Assembly (NCBI GenBank): GCA_041694815.1
Contig: JBGFSC010000033.1
Span: forward strand, 32,001-96,000
DNA: 64,000 nt
Reading direction: 5' to 3'
DNA from: Elusimicrobiota bacterium
Lineage (GTDB): Bacteria; Elusimicrobiota; Elusimicrobia; UBA1565; JACRDR01
The translations under genes were made by a program, and so were the position numbers. Shown here piece by piece: positions 18,799 through 29,800 of the stretch. Position 1 is the stretch's first letter. Every line of letters begins with the position of its first letter. The notes beneath the pieces were generated by a model. The model saw nothing but the letters and a program-made list of their open reading frames with translations. It was not told the DNA's origin and searched no databases.

Positions 18799-19668
18799 CG
18801 GCGGCCGAGGAGCGCCGGCTTTCGCGGGAGCAATTCCCGGCTCTATTAGCCTCCATCGAGGATGCGCCCCAGGCGCTGCACGTCCGCGGCGATCTCGACG
18901 AGGGCCCCGCGGTGGCCATCGTAGGCTCGCGCAGGCCGACCCCCTACGGTTGCCGGGTCGCGCGGGCACTGGCCTCGGGCGCCGCCGCGGCCGGCTTGCG
19001 CGTGGTCAGCGGACTGGCCCGAGGCATCGACGCCCGGGCGCATGAGGCGGCGCTGGAGGCCGGAGGGAAGACCTGGGCCGTGCTCGGCTCGGGACTGGGC
19101 CGCGTCTACCCTCCCGAGCATCGCGGGCTGGCCGAGCGCATCGTCTCGGCGGGCGGCGCGTTGCTGAGCGAATACCCGTTCGACCGCGGCCCCGAGGCGT
19201 ATCACTTCCCGATGCGCAACCGTATCCTAGCTGGGCTCTCGTGGGCGACGGTCGTCGTCGAGGGCGACATGAAGTCCGGCTCCCTGATCACGGCGCGCGA
19301 GGCGCTCAAGCAGGGGCGGCAGGTCCTGGCCGTCCCTGGTCCCGTCGATTCGCCGATGAGCGAGGGGCCGAACTGGCTTCTGCAAAACGGGGCGGCCCCG
19401 GCCTGCGGCGTCGAGGACATCCTGGGCGCCCTCCCGCCTTCCGTTAGGTCCCAGTTGGACGCCTCCGGTGTCACGCCCGGCCGCGGCGAAGGCGCCGGGC
19501 AAGGCGATACTACACCTGAGGAGCAAAAAATCTTAGAATTACTCGGCCCGAATTGCCGTCACTTAGACGAGATCGTCTGGGAGACGGGGATGGACGCCTC
19601 GGCCTTGTCCCGGATCCTGGTGGGTCTGCGGATGAAGGATTTGATCGGCGCGTATCCCGGGCAGCGTT

Positions 19669-19682
<14 letters not shown>
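18795..19682 (+). CDS. dprA: DNA-processing protein DprA
   Basis: VAIVGSR, VVSGLARGID, AVLGSG, YPPEH, FPMRNRI, SGSLITA, AVPG; GTG at 18795 overlaps the upstream stop. Confidence 0.93.
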
Positions 19683-21981
<2,299 letters not shown>

Positions 21982-21996
21982 AGAGACCCAACGGTC

Positions 21997-22899
21997 GTGG
22001 CAGACGATTTAGCTTATTGGATCCAACGCTTCCTGCTGCATCTGCGTTCCCAGCGCAATTATTCCGCGCACACCCTGCGCTCCTATTCTGGCGACCTCAA
22101 GCGGTTTGAGGCTTTCATGGCGAAGCAGGGCGCCGGGGCGTCCGGCCTGGAGCGCCGGCATGTCCGCGCCTATCTGGCCTCGCTGCAGGCGGCCGGGGGC
22201 AAGCGCAGTTCCCTGCTGCGAAGGATGGCCAGCCTGCGTTCCTTGCGCGCATTCCTCATCGAGCAGGGGGTCCTCGCGCGCGACCCGTTTTTGGCCGTCC
22301 GTCTTCCCAAGAAGGAGTCGCGGCTGCCCAAGTTCTTGACCGAATCGGAAATGAGCTCGCTGCTCTCGGCCCTGCCCGACCGTCGCGGAGGCTTCGACTG
22401 GCCCGAGCGCGACCTGGCGATACTGGAGCTGCTCTACTCCTGCGGGCTGCGCCGCTCGGAGCTGCACGGGCTCAACGTGGCCGACGTGGATTTCCTGGGC
22501 GGGGCCCTGCGCGTGACGGGTAAGGGTTCCAAGGAACGGGTCGTTCCCATCGGCGAGCGCGCGCTCAAGACGCTGCGCCGCTACCTGGCCTCGCGCAAGA
22601 GCGCGGGCGGGGAGGCGGGTGGAGAGGCGCTTTTCCTCAACGCGCGTGCTGGAAGGCTTTCGGAGGAGGGCATCGCCTTCATTCTCCGCCGCTGGGCGAA
22701 GGCCGCGGGTTTCCTTAAACCCGTATCGCCGCATCTATTCCGCCACAGCTTCGCCACGCATCTGGTCTCGCGCGGCTGCGACTTGAGAAGCGTCCAGGAA
22801 ATGCTCGGGCATAAGAATATCTCCAATACCCAGATTTACACGCATCTCTCGCTCGAGCACATTAAGGAAGTCTATCGGCAGAGCCACCCCCGCGCATGA
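21997..22899 (+). CDS. xerC: Tyrosine recombinase XerC/XerD
   Basis: LYSCGLRRSEL, GKGSKER, HLFRHSFATHL, LGH...TQIYTH; downstream of topA. Confidence 0.85.
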   Translation: MADDLAYWIQRFLLHLRSQRNYSAHTLRSYSGDLKRFEAFMAKQGAGASGLERRHVRAYLASLQAAGGKRSSLLRRMASLRSLRAFLIEQGVLARDPFLAVRLPKKESRLPKFLTESEMSSLLSALPDRRGGFDWPERDLAILELLYSCGLRRSELHGLNVADVDFLGGALRVTGKGSKERVVPIGERALKTLRRYLASRKSAGGEAGGEALFLNARAGRLSEEGIAFILRRWAKAAGFLKPVSPHLFRHSFATHLVSRGCDLRSVQEMLGHKNISNTQIYTHLSLEHIKEVYRQSHPRA

Positions 22900-23837
22900 A
22901 AGACAAGATCACGCTGCTTATGGAGGAAACCGGCTGCGAGCAGGGGGAAGCCGAGCTGGCGCTGGAGCTTTGCGGCTATGAGCTGGAAAAGGCCGTGGCC
23001 GCCGTGCCGCGCCTTTTTCAAAATATTATAGTTTTGAAGGGGAAATTTAAGGAAGAGGTGGAGGGACTATACGGCCTTCTCCTCATAATCTTGAATCTGC
23101 GCGAACACTCCCTACTGCGCGCCAAATCGGTTGTTTCGTACAACCCGGCCATCTACGCCGCCTCCCTGGAGCAGAACTGGTTCGAGTTCGAGAAACATCT
23201 CTATGCCTCGCGGCTTTGGGAGGGGACCCTGCAGCCCTTGAGCCAGGAGATCGAGCAGCTCATGACCGGGTATTTCAGCTCTGAGGAATCGGCGCCCTTT
23301 TACTCTGATAGCCGGGGCCTGCCGGTGCAGCAGGAGACGCTGGCATTGAGATCCTTGTTGGGCAGGCGCTTCGCCGCCGAAGGCTTCCGCTTGTTGCTCC
23401 AACGCGACGTGCTGGACATGGGCCAGTTCCAGGAGATACGCCCTTACGCCGGAAACGGGCGCCGCCCGGGGACGCGGCGCAGAGGCCCGTCCCGTGGGGG
23501 GCCGCTGATTTTGCGCATCACGCTCGAGGGTTCGCCCGATGGAGTGGAGGCGGCCGACCTGCGGGCGGGGGACATGGTCTACGCCCAGATCACCGACACG
23601 CGGGATATCGCCCAGTACCTTTCTAAGCTATTCGGGCCCGGCGCCTCGGAGGACACGAGCTCACTGCTCGTGCCGGTAGAGGCGGTCGAAAGCGGCCCTA
23701 GCCAGGAGATCGGCATCCGCGTCCGTTTCTCGCTGGGCGTTTGCGGAGACGTGAACGTGGCTCCGGAGACGAGGCTCAAGGTGATTCGCCGTTCGTCGAG
23801 ATCGAAGGAGTCTTGGTGGAAGAAGTTCTTTGGGTAA
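22896..23837 (+). CDS. Hypothetical protein with N-terminal UBA/EF-Ts-N-like helical bundle
   Basis: KITLLMEETGCEQGEAELALELCGYELEKAV; start overlaps xerC stop. Confidence 0.7.
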   Translation: MKDKITLLMEETGCEQGEAELALELCGYELEKAVAAVPRLFQNIIVLKGKFKEEVEGLYGLLLIILNLREHSLLRAKSVVSYNPAIYAASLEQNWFEFEKHLYASRLWEGTLQPLSQEIEQLMTGYFSSEESAPFYSDSRGLPVQQETLALRSLLGRRFAAEGFRLLLQRDVLDMGQFQEIRPYAGNGRRPGTRRRGPSRGGPLILRITLEGSPDGVEAADLRAGDMVYAQITDTRDIAQYLSKLFGPGASEDTSSLLVPVEAVESGPSQEIGIRVRFSLGVCGDVNVAPETRLKVIRRSSRSKESWWKKFFG

Positions 23838-23839
23838 TT

Positions 23840-23914
23840 CTCGCGAGAAACCTCGAACTTCGTCGCGCGAAGCGCGACGAAGTCACGCGCCCGAGGCGCG
23901 TAAAAGTCGCCGTT
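23840..23914. repeat. Second, inverted copy of the intergenic palindromic element
   Basis: 23840-23884 is an exact 45-bp reverse complement of 15603-15647; 23885-23914 is similar to the reverse complement of 15671-15700. Confidence 0.85.
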
Positions 23915-23933
23915 TAGTAGTTACGGAGGCATC

Positions 23934-25223
23934 ATGCCGGCCTTGGTCGTCGTAGGCGCCCAGTGGGGCGATGAGGGAAAGGGCAAGATCGTCGACTTCC
24001 TCAGCCGCGGGGCCGACATGGTGGTCCGCTACCAGGGAGGCAATAACGCCGGGCATACCATCATTTTCAAAGGACGCCCGCTCGCCCTGCACCTGATCCC
24101 ATCCGGCATCTTGTTCGCCGGCAAGCGCAACGTCATCGGAAACGGCGTCGTCGTCAGCCCGGGCGCGTTCCGCGACGAGGTGCGCCTGCTGCAGGCCCGT
24201 GGCGTGCGCGTGCGCGGCCGGCTCTTTGTGAGCCTGGGCGCGCACGTGATCCTTCCCTACCACATCGTGCTCGACGGGCTGCGGGAGGAGGGCGGCAGGG
24301 GTATCGGCACGACCAAGAAGGGCATCGGTCCTTGCTACGAGGACAAGGTCGCGCGCATCGGCATCCGCGTCTGTGATTTCCTCGACCCGGAACTGTTCAA
24401 GTCCCTGGTGGAGCAGAACCTGCGCGTCCGGGCGGTGGAATTGGGCGCGGGCCCCAAGCCCTTGGCTCAGATCCGCCGTGAGGTATTCGGCGACTACGGC
24501 GCCTTGCGGGCCTTCCTTAAGCCCTTTGCGGTCGACACGCCCCCGATCATCAACGAGGCATTGAGCCGAGGGCGGCGGGTGCTTTTCGAGAGCGCGCAGG
24601 GCGCCATGCTCGATCTGGATTTCGGGACCTACCCGTTCGTGACTTCCTCCAATCCGGTCGCCGGAGGCGCCTGCATCGGCGCGGGCGTCGGCCCAAGCCA
24701 GGTCGGCCATATCTTGGGGGTCACCAAGGCCTACACCACCCGCGTAGGCCTGGGCCCGTTCCCTACGGAGCTCGACGGGCATATCGGGCGCTACCTCCGC
24801 GAGAAGGGCAAGGAGTACGGCGCTACGACGGGCAGGCCCCGGCGCATCGGCTGGCTCGACCTGGTCCAGCTCAAGCGCGCCATCCTCGTCAGCGGGATCC
24901 GTTCGCTTGTGATGACCAAGCTCGACACGCTCGCCAACGTGCATCCCGTCAAGGTCTGCGTCGCCTACCGGCTGGGCCGCAAGAGGCTGGCGGCGTTCCC
25001 CATGGGACGCCGGGAGCAGCTCGAATGCGAGCCCGTTTACGAGACCCTGCCCGGCTTCAGCGGGGATTTTACGGGGATCCGCCGCTTCGACGCGCTGCCC
25101 AAGGCCGCGCGGGATTATGTGGCCTGGGTGGAGAAGCGCCTGGAGACACCGATCGATATCGTGTCGGTGGGCCAGAGGCGGGAAGAGACGATCGTCCGCC
25201 GGCCGAATTCCGCTTGGAAATAA
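23934..25223 (+). CDS. purA: Adenylosuccinate synthetase
   Basis: QWGDEGKGK, GGNNAGHT, GTTKKGIGP, GTYPFVTSS, TTGRPRRIGW. Confidence 0.97.
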   Translation: MPALVVVGAQWGDEGKGKIVDFLSRGADMVVRYQGGNNAGHTIIFKGRPLALHLIPSGILFAGKRNVIGNGVVVSPGAFRDEVRLLQARGVRVRGRLFVSLGAHVILPYHIVLDGLREEGGRGIGTTKKGIGPCYEDKVARIGIRVCDFLDPELFKSLVEQNLRVRAVELGAGPKPLAQIRREVFGDYGALRAFLKPFAVDTPPIINEALSRGRRVLFESAQGAMLDLDFGTYPFVTSSNPVAGGACIGAGVGPSQVGHILGVTKAYTTRVGLGPFPTELDGHIGRYLREKGKEYGATTGRPRRIGWLDLVQLKRAILVSGIRSLVMTKLDTLANVHPVKVCVAYRLGRKRLAAFPMGRREQLECEPVYETLPGFSGDFTGIRRFDALPKAARDYVAWVEKRLETPIDIVSVGQRREETIVRRPNSAWK

Positions 25224-25253
25224 AGCCTTAAATCCGTGTCAAGGGCCTAGGTC

Positions 25254-25281
25254 TTGACAGGCCAAGGGCATCTGCTATACT
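25254..25281 (+). promoter_or_regulatory. Sigma70-type promoter
   Basis: TTGACA (25254-59), 16-bp spacer, TGc-TATACT (-10 at 25276-81), directly upstream of the riboswitch. Confidence 0.8.
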
Positions 25282-25284
25282 TCG

Positions 25285-25380
25285 ACTGTTGTACCGATAA
25301 ACCGGCAAACCCTCCGCGAGGAGGGGGCGCAAAGCGTAGGGCCTGGAGGTCCAGGTCGCCTGGCTACCGAAGACAACAGT
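25285..25380 (+). ncRNA. Cyclic di-GMP-I (GEMM) riboswitch
   Basis: GGCAAAC, ccctcc-GCGA-ggaggg stem-loop, GgCGCAAAGC, gggcct...ctACCGA; flanking actgttgt/acaacagt can close P1. Confidence 0.85.
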
Positions 25381-25480
25381 AGGTTCCGGGGTCGCGCAGC
25401 TGGAGTTCCCGTTTCCGCCCGGCCTTGACTGGCTATCTTCGGGATAGAGGGGTGAGATAGTCAGCGAGGCCGGGCCTTTT

Positions 25481-26011
25481 ATGGGCAACGGGAGGCGCTT
25501 GAAAGGGAATATCGAGGCGGCTTGGGCGTACTGCGGATGGACCGCGTGGCTCGCGGTCTGGGGGTATTGCCTCCCCGCCCCCGCGTACGCCGAGCCGGCT
25601 CCGGTGGGGTTAGAGGCCCAAGGAGTCGATCCTTGGGCCGCTTTGCATAGTCGCGACCTGGACGTGCGTGACGCCTTCAATCGCCCGGTATCCAGGCGCC
25701 TCATCGAGGGCCAAATCAAGGCGGCATCCTCCGGGGCCCGGGATTCGGTCTCATTTTTCTCCAGGCTTCCCAAGGCGCGCTCGGTGCTGGTCTCCTTGGA
25801 ACGGATGCTGATAGCCAGCTGCGGCCTGGCGGCGCCCTCGCCATGGTCCGGTTTACGTATCGCCGTCACTTCCTGGCTGTGCCGCCCGTCGCCCAAGATC
25901 TCGGTGTTCTGGGCCTTCCTGAGTGTCGCCTCGGCTGCCGCTGCGTCGATTTCGCTGGTCGTCATGCAACCCCGCAAAATCGCCTCCCCCGCGCCGGTCC
26001 TGCGCTGTTAA
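25481..26011 (+). CDS. Possible hypothetical membrane/leader protein downstream of riboswitch
   Basis: 176-aa ORF with two hydrophobic segments between the riboswitch and the HEAT gene; no recognisable family. Confidence 0.4.
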   Translation: MGNGRRLKGNIEAAWAYCGWTAWLAVWGYCLPAPAYAEPAPVGLEAQGVDPWAALHSRDLDVRDAFNRPVSRRLIEGQIKAASSGARDSVSFFSRLPKARSVLVSLERMLIASCGLAAPSPWSGLRIAVTSWLCRPSPKISVFWAFLSVASAAAASISLVVMQPRKIASPAPVLRC

Positions 26012-26110
26012 TTCCCGTAAAAGCCCCGTAACAAGTTCCCTGTACAGTTGTTGAAGTTTTGCCGCTCGAGCATTCGGTTTGACGTGGAAAACGAGGAGGA
26101 ATTTTAAGCC

Positions 26111-26884
26111 ATGCCGTTTTACGCGCGCGCGCGCTTCTATAGCGTCCTGATGTGGATCGCCGGGCCGGCGCTTGGGGGTGATGTGCTCCAGAAAGAACTC
26201 GGCCGCATGTCCGACCGAAACCCCGCCGTTCGACGGCAGGCGGCCGCTCGGCTGGCTCATGCCGAAGGGCGCTCGGCTGCGGCGGCGCTCGAGTCCGCCC
26301 TGAAGGATTCCGACGCTTCCGTCCGCCGCGAGGCCGCGCTGGCCCTGGGCCTGCGCGGGTCTCTGGGGTCCGCCCAAGTCCTGATCTCCTGCCTCAAGGA
26401 CCGGGACGCGCAGGTCCGCCAGGGCTGCATCCGGGCGCTGGGACTGATCCGGGCACCCCAGGGGGTCGCACCGCTGTCTTCGGAGCTTAAGCGCGGGGAC
26501 GCGCATGAGAAGGCGGCGGTCTTGGAAAGCCTGGGCCATATAGGCGGCCCCGAGGCTTTCGGCGCCGTCCGCGATGCCTTGAGCGCCTTGCGCGGGAACC
26601 GTCGCCGTGGAGCGCCTATCGATCAGCCCCTGATGCAGGAGGAAGAGGCGATCCGGGCCTTAGGCAGGCTGGGCCGACCCGAGGGAATCCCCTTGGCGAA
26701 AGAGGGACTGAGCTCTCCGGACGATCGCATCCGCGCGGTTTCCTGCTTGGCACTGGCTCGGATGGGCGACGGCTCCGAGCGCCTGCGCTGCGCGGCCCTT
26801 CTGTCTCATCCGGACCCGTTGGTCCTCAAGGATGCGGCCGAGGCCTTGAGCCGGATGGAAGCAAGGGAGAAGGCGCGGGAATAA
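26111..26884 (+). CDS. HEAT/PBS-lyase repeat protein
   Basis: Repeated LKDxDxxVRxxAAxALG units; GAGGAGG upstream; possible signal peptide. Confidence 0.85.
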   Translation: MPFYARARFYSVLMWIAGPALGGDVLQKELGRMSDRNPAVRRQAAARLAHAEGRSAAAALESALKDSDASVRREAALALGLRGSLGSAQVLISCLKDRDAQVRQGCIRALGLIRAPQGVAPLSSELKRGDAHEKAAVLESLGHIGGPEAFGAVRDALSALRGNRRRGAPIDQPLMQEEEAIRALGRLGRPEGIPLAKEGLSSPDDRIRAVSCLALARMGDGSERLRCAALLSHPDPLVLKDAAEALSRMEAREKARE

Positions 26885-26885
26885 T

Positions 26886-29800
26886 ATGGCACGCCCTATC
26901 GCCCTGCTGGCCGGCCTTCTTCTGGCGCCAAGCTTTTGTTGGGCGGTCCCTCAGGATATCTCCGGCGGCATCTCCACCGCCGAACCGGGCTCGAGGAAGG
27001 TATTCTATCACGAATCCTATGATCGGACATGGGTGTTCTACCAGAACAGCTTAAGCAAGTTCGCCTACCAGTCCTACGACGGGGTCAACTGGACGGCAGA
27101 CACCCAGGTTTTTCCGGCGGCGGATGTTTCCGCGGCCGGCTGCACCGGAACCCCGGGCCCCGTGGGTAGCATCTGGTATGTCGCTTCCTCCACCCGCGTT
27201 TATGCCATTGCTGGGGAGGATTCCGCGAACGAAACCAACGACAATACCAACGCCAACTATCCCAACAAGGTCTATTTGCGCCGCGGAGACTTAAATTCGG
27301 ATGGGACGATCACCTGGGGCAGCGTGGCTTGCCGGGCCCGAGACATCACCTTTGACGGCGGATTGGGGGATTATCTGGCGGGGATGTCCGTGTCCATCGC
27401 GGTTCCCGAGGATGAAACCGCAAACGGCGGCAACAACCTCATGTGGGTGGCTCATTTTAGGCGCAGGACCACCGTTTTCCGCCAGGCCCCAGCCGGACAG
27501 AACCAAATCACGGCGGCGACTCTGGGCGGCGGAGTGGATTTGCAAGACGGCCACGCCCTTCAAGAAGCCAGCAACGCCAATGGCTTTGAGAGCGTGGTGC
27601 CTATCAACGATGCCGGGACCTGGAAATTCTTGGTAGGCAATAATGATCGTTCCGATCAATCGGATCCGATCGTAGACCGTTTTGTAGTCAGCGCCGCGGC
27701 CCGGGAGCTTGGCGGAGAACTCGACCCTACCGGTCCCGGGATCAACAACAACGCCTACTCCGTCTCCTTGGCTCCCGAGGGGGCCTCCTCCATTGTCCAT
27801 GCGGCCTATGTCGACAGCAGCGGCCGTATCGCGTATCAAAGGCGCACAGGCGCGGGGACCTGGGCCGCGGCGATCGTGGTGGATGCTTGCGCGGCGGTCA
27901 ATAGCTCTCCGTGCAAAAATCCGTCCGTGGCTTATGTGCCAGACCCCGCGACCTTTAATAGGGTGTATATCGTATATCTTTCCAGCTACGGCGCCGTCAA
28001 TTATGCCGTAGGCCCGGCCACCGCCACGGCAGCCGGAGAATTCACCGTCATCCAAGGCTGGCAGTCGAGCGGATCGAATCCGATCGTTCCGGTTAAAAGC
28101 ACGGCCCCGGCGCCGCTGGCGGTCGTTTGGAACGACGCCTCCCCACAAGCCAAGATCGACTTTATCATCACCTCCGGATACGCGTCCCCGACTGTCAGCT
28201 CGGTGGCCGAAAGCCCCGGCAAGGCCTGGTTAAGCTCCAACAAATTCGATCTGTTGATAACGGGGTCCAACTTCCTGGATCTGGGAGGCACGAAGAAGCC
28301 AAAGGTCAAGCTGTTGGAGAATGGAGCGGATCAATCCGCTATCACGGTCACTTCCACCACCTTCGTCAATGCCAGCACTCTTCGGGCTTCCATCGTCCTG
28401 ATCGCGCCGACGACCTCCTATGACGTGAGGGTTATCAATCCCGACGCGAAGTTTACCGTGTTTCAGGACACGGTGACCATTTCGTCTCCCACCCTGAGCT
28501 CTCTGACGGATGCAGACGGGAACATTCTTTCCGGAGGTATTTTCCCCAACAATAACGGTACGACCGCCATGACGCGGGATGTGACGGTCAACGGTTCTAA
28601 CTTTCAGAACTGGGGCTCCAGCGTTCCCAAGGTCTCCGTCGTTTCAGGGATTTCCTTATATGCCATTACGGGCCTTAGCAGCAACTCGTTTGTCGCAAGA
28701 CTCAAGATTTCAACGACGACGGTTGCCGGCACCTATGCCCTCACGGTTCAGAATCCGGACAATCAATCCGTGACCCAGTCCTCCACCTTTACGGTGACCC
28801 GGCCCTCGGCCACTATCAACTATCCCATCGAAGGCAACGGCCTGCTGGGCGGATTTACCACGGGCTTTGCCACCCTCAACGGGGTGGCAGACTATGATAC
28901 CACGGGGGACGGCCTGGGGGATTCGGTCGCCGGGATCACTCAAAATACATCGGATATACGCATCGTCTCCCTTGGAGGCGCCGGTTGTCCTGCAAACGGC
29001 TATCTCTGGAACGGAAGCGGATTCGCCGCGCCCGGGAGCTTCGCGGATCAGGAGCAGGAGTGGCAGGCGGCCAGCGCCCCGAGCCCGTGGGCGTACTCCA
29101 CCCTCAATATGAATCTATTCCAAGCGGTCGATACCGAAGGGTGTCCCTTCCGGCTGGAATCCCGGGGAAGGAGCTCCGATGGGGGGCGAAGCATGGCTTC
29201 CGGAGCCGGAATCGTCACCCTGACCATGGACCGCAAAAGGCCGGTGATCGATGTCACCTCTCCACCGGGCGGCCAGATCATCAATACGGCCGATAATATT
29301 TTCATGGTTTTCAGCGATGTCTCCGGAGTCAAGAAAGTGGAATTCACGCTCCAGGCGGATACCGAAACGGCCCGTTACTGGACCGGATCCTCCTGGACGG
29401 CGAACGAGATGTGGCTTTCCACCCCGGCCAGTCCCCAGATGCAGTTCAACCCTCCCACCGCCAGCAACAATGTCACCATCAGGACGATAACGGACGATCT
29501 CAAGCGCCCGGCCTGGGTGGATGGATGGAAATATCGGATCAAGGCCAGGGCCACCGACCGGTTGGAGCAATTGGGTTATGCTCCCGGCGGGGCGTCTGCC
29601 CCCACCGAAACGGTGTTCTTCTACGACGTTTCGGCTCCTACGGTGACCTTGGAGTCTCAATGGCTGAACGTCTCCACATGCACCGTGGCCTCCGGTTGCG
29701 CTACCAGCTGGAAAAGGTCCGTCCCGTCGATCGGCGGCGGCATTTCCGACAATGTTTCGATCCTGGAGGCGATCCACAACCCCAACGTCAAATTAAGGAT

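Noticed and set aside
21997..22899. Integrase of a prophage or island
   Set aside because: XerC/D-like length and motifs in the dprA-topA-xerC context; no phage genes or att sites seen
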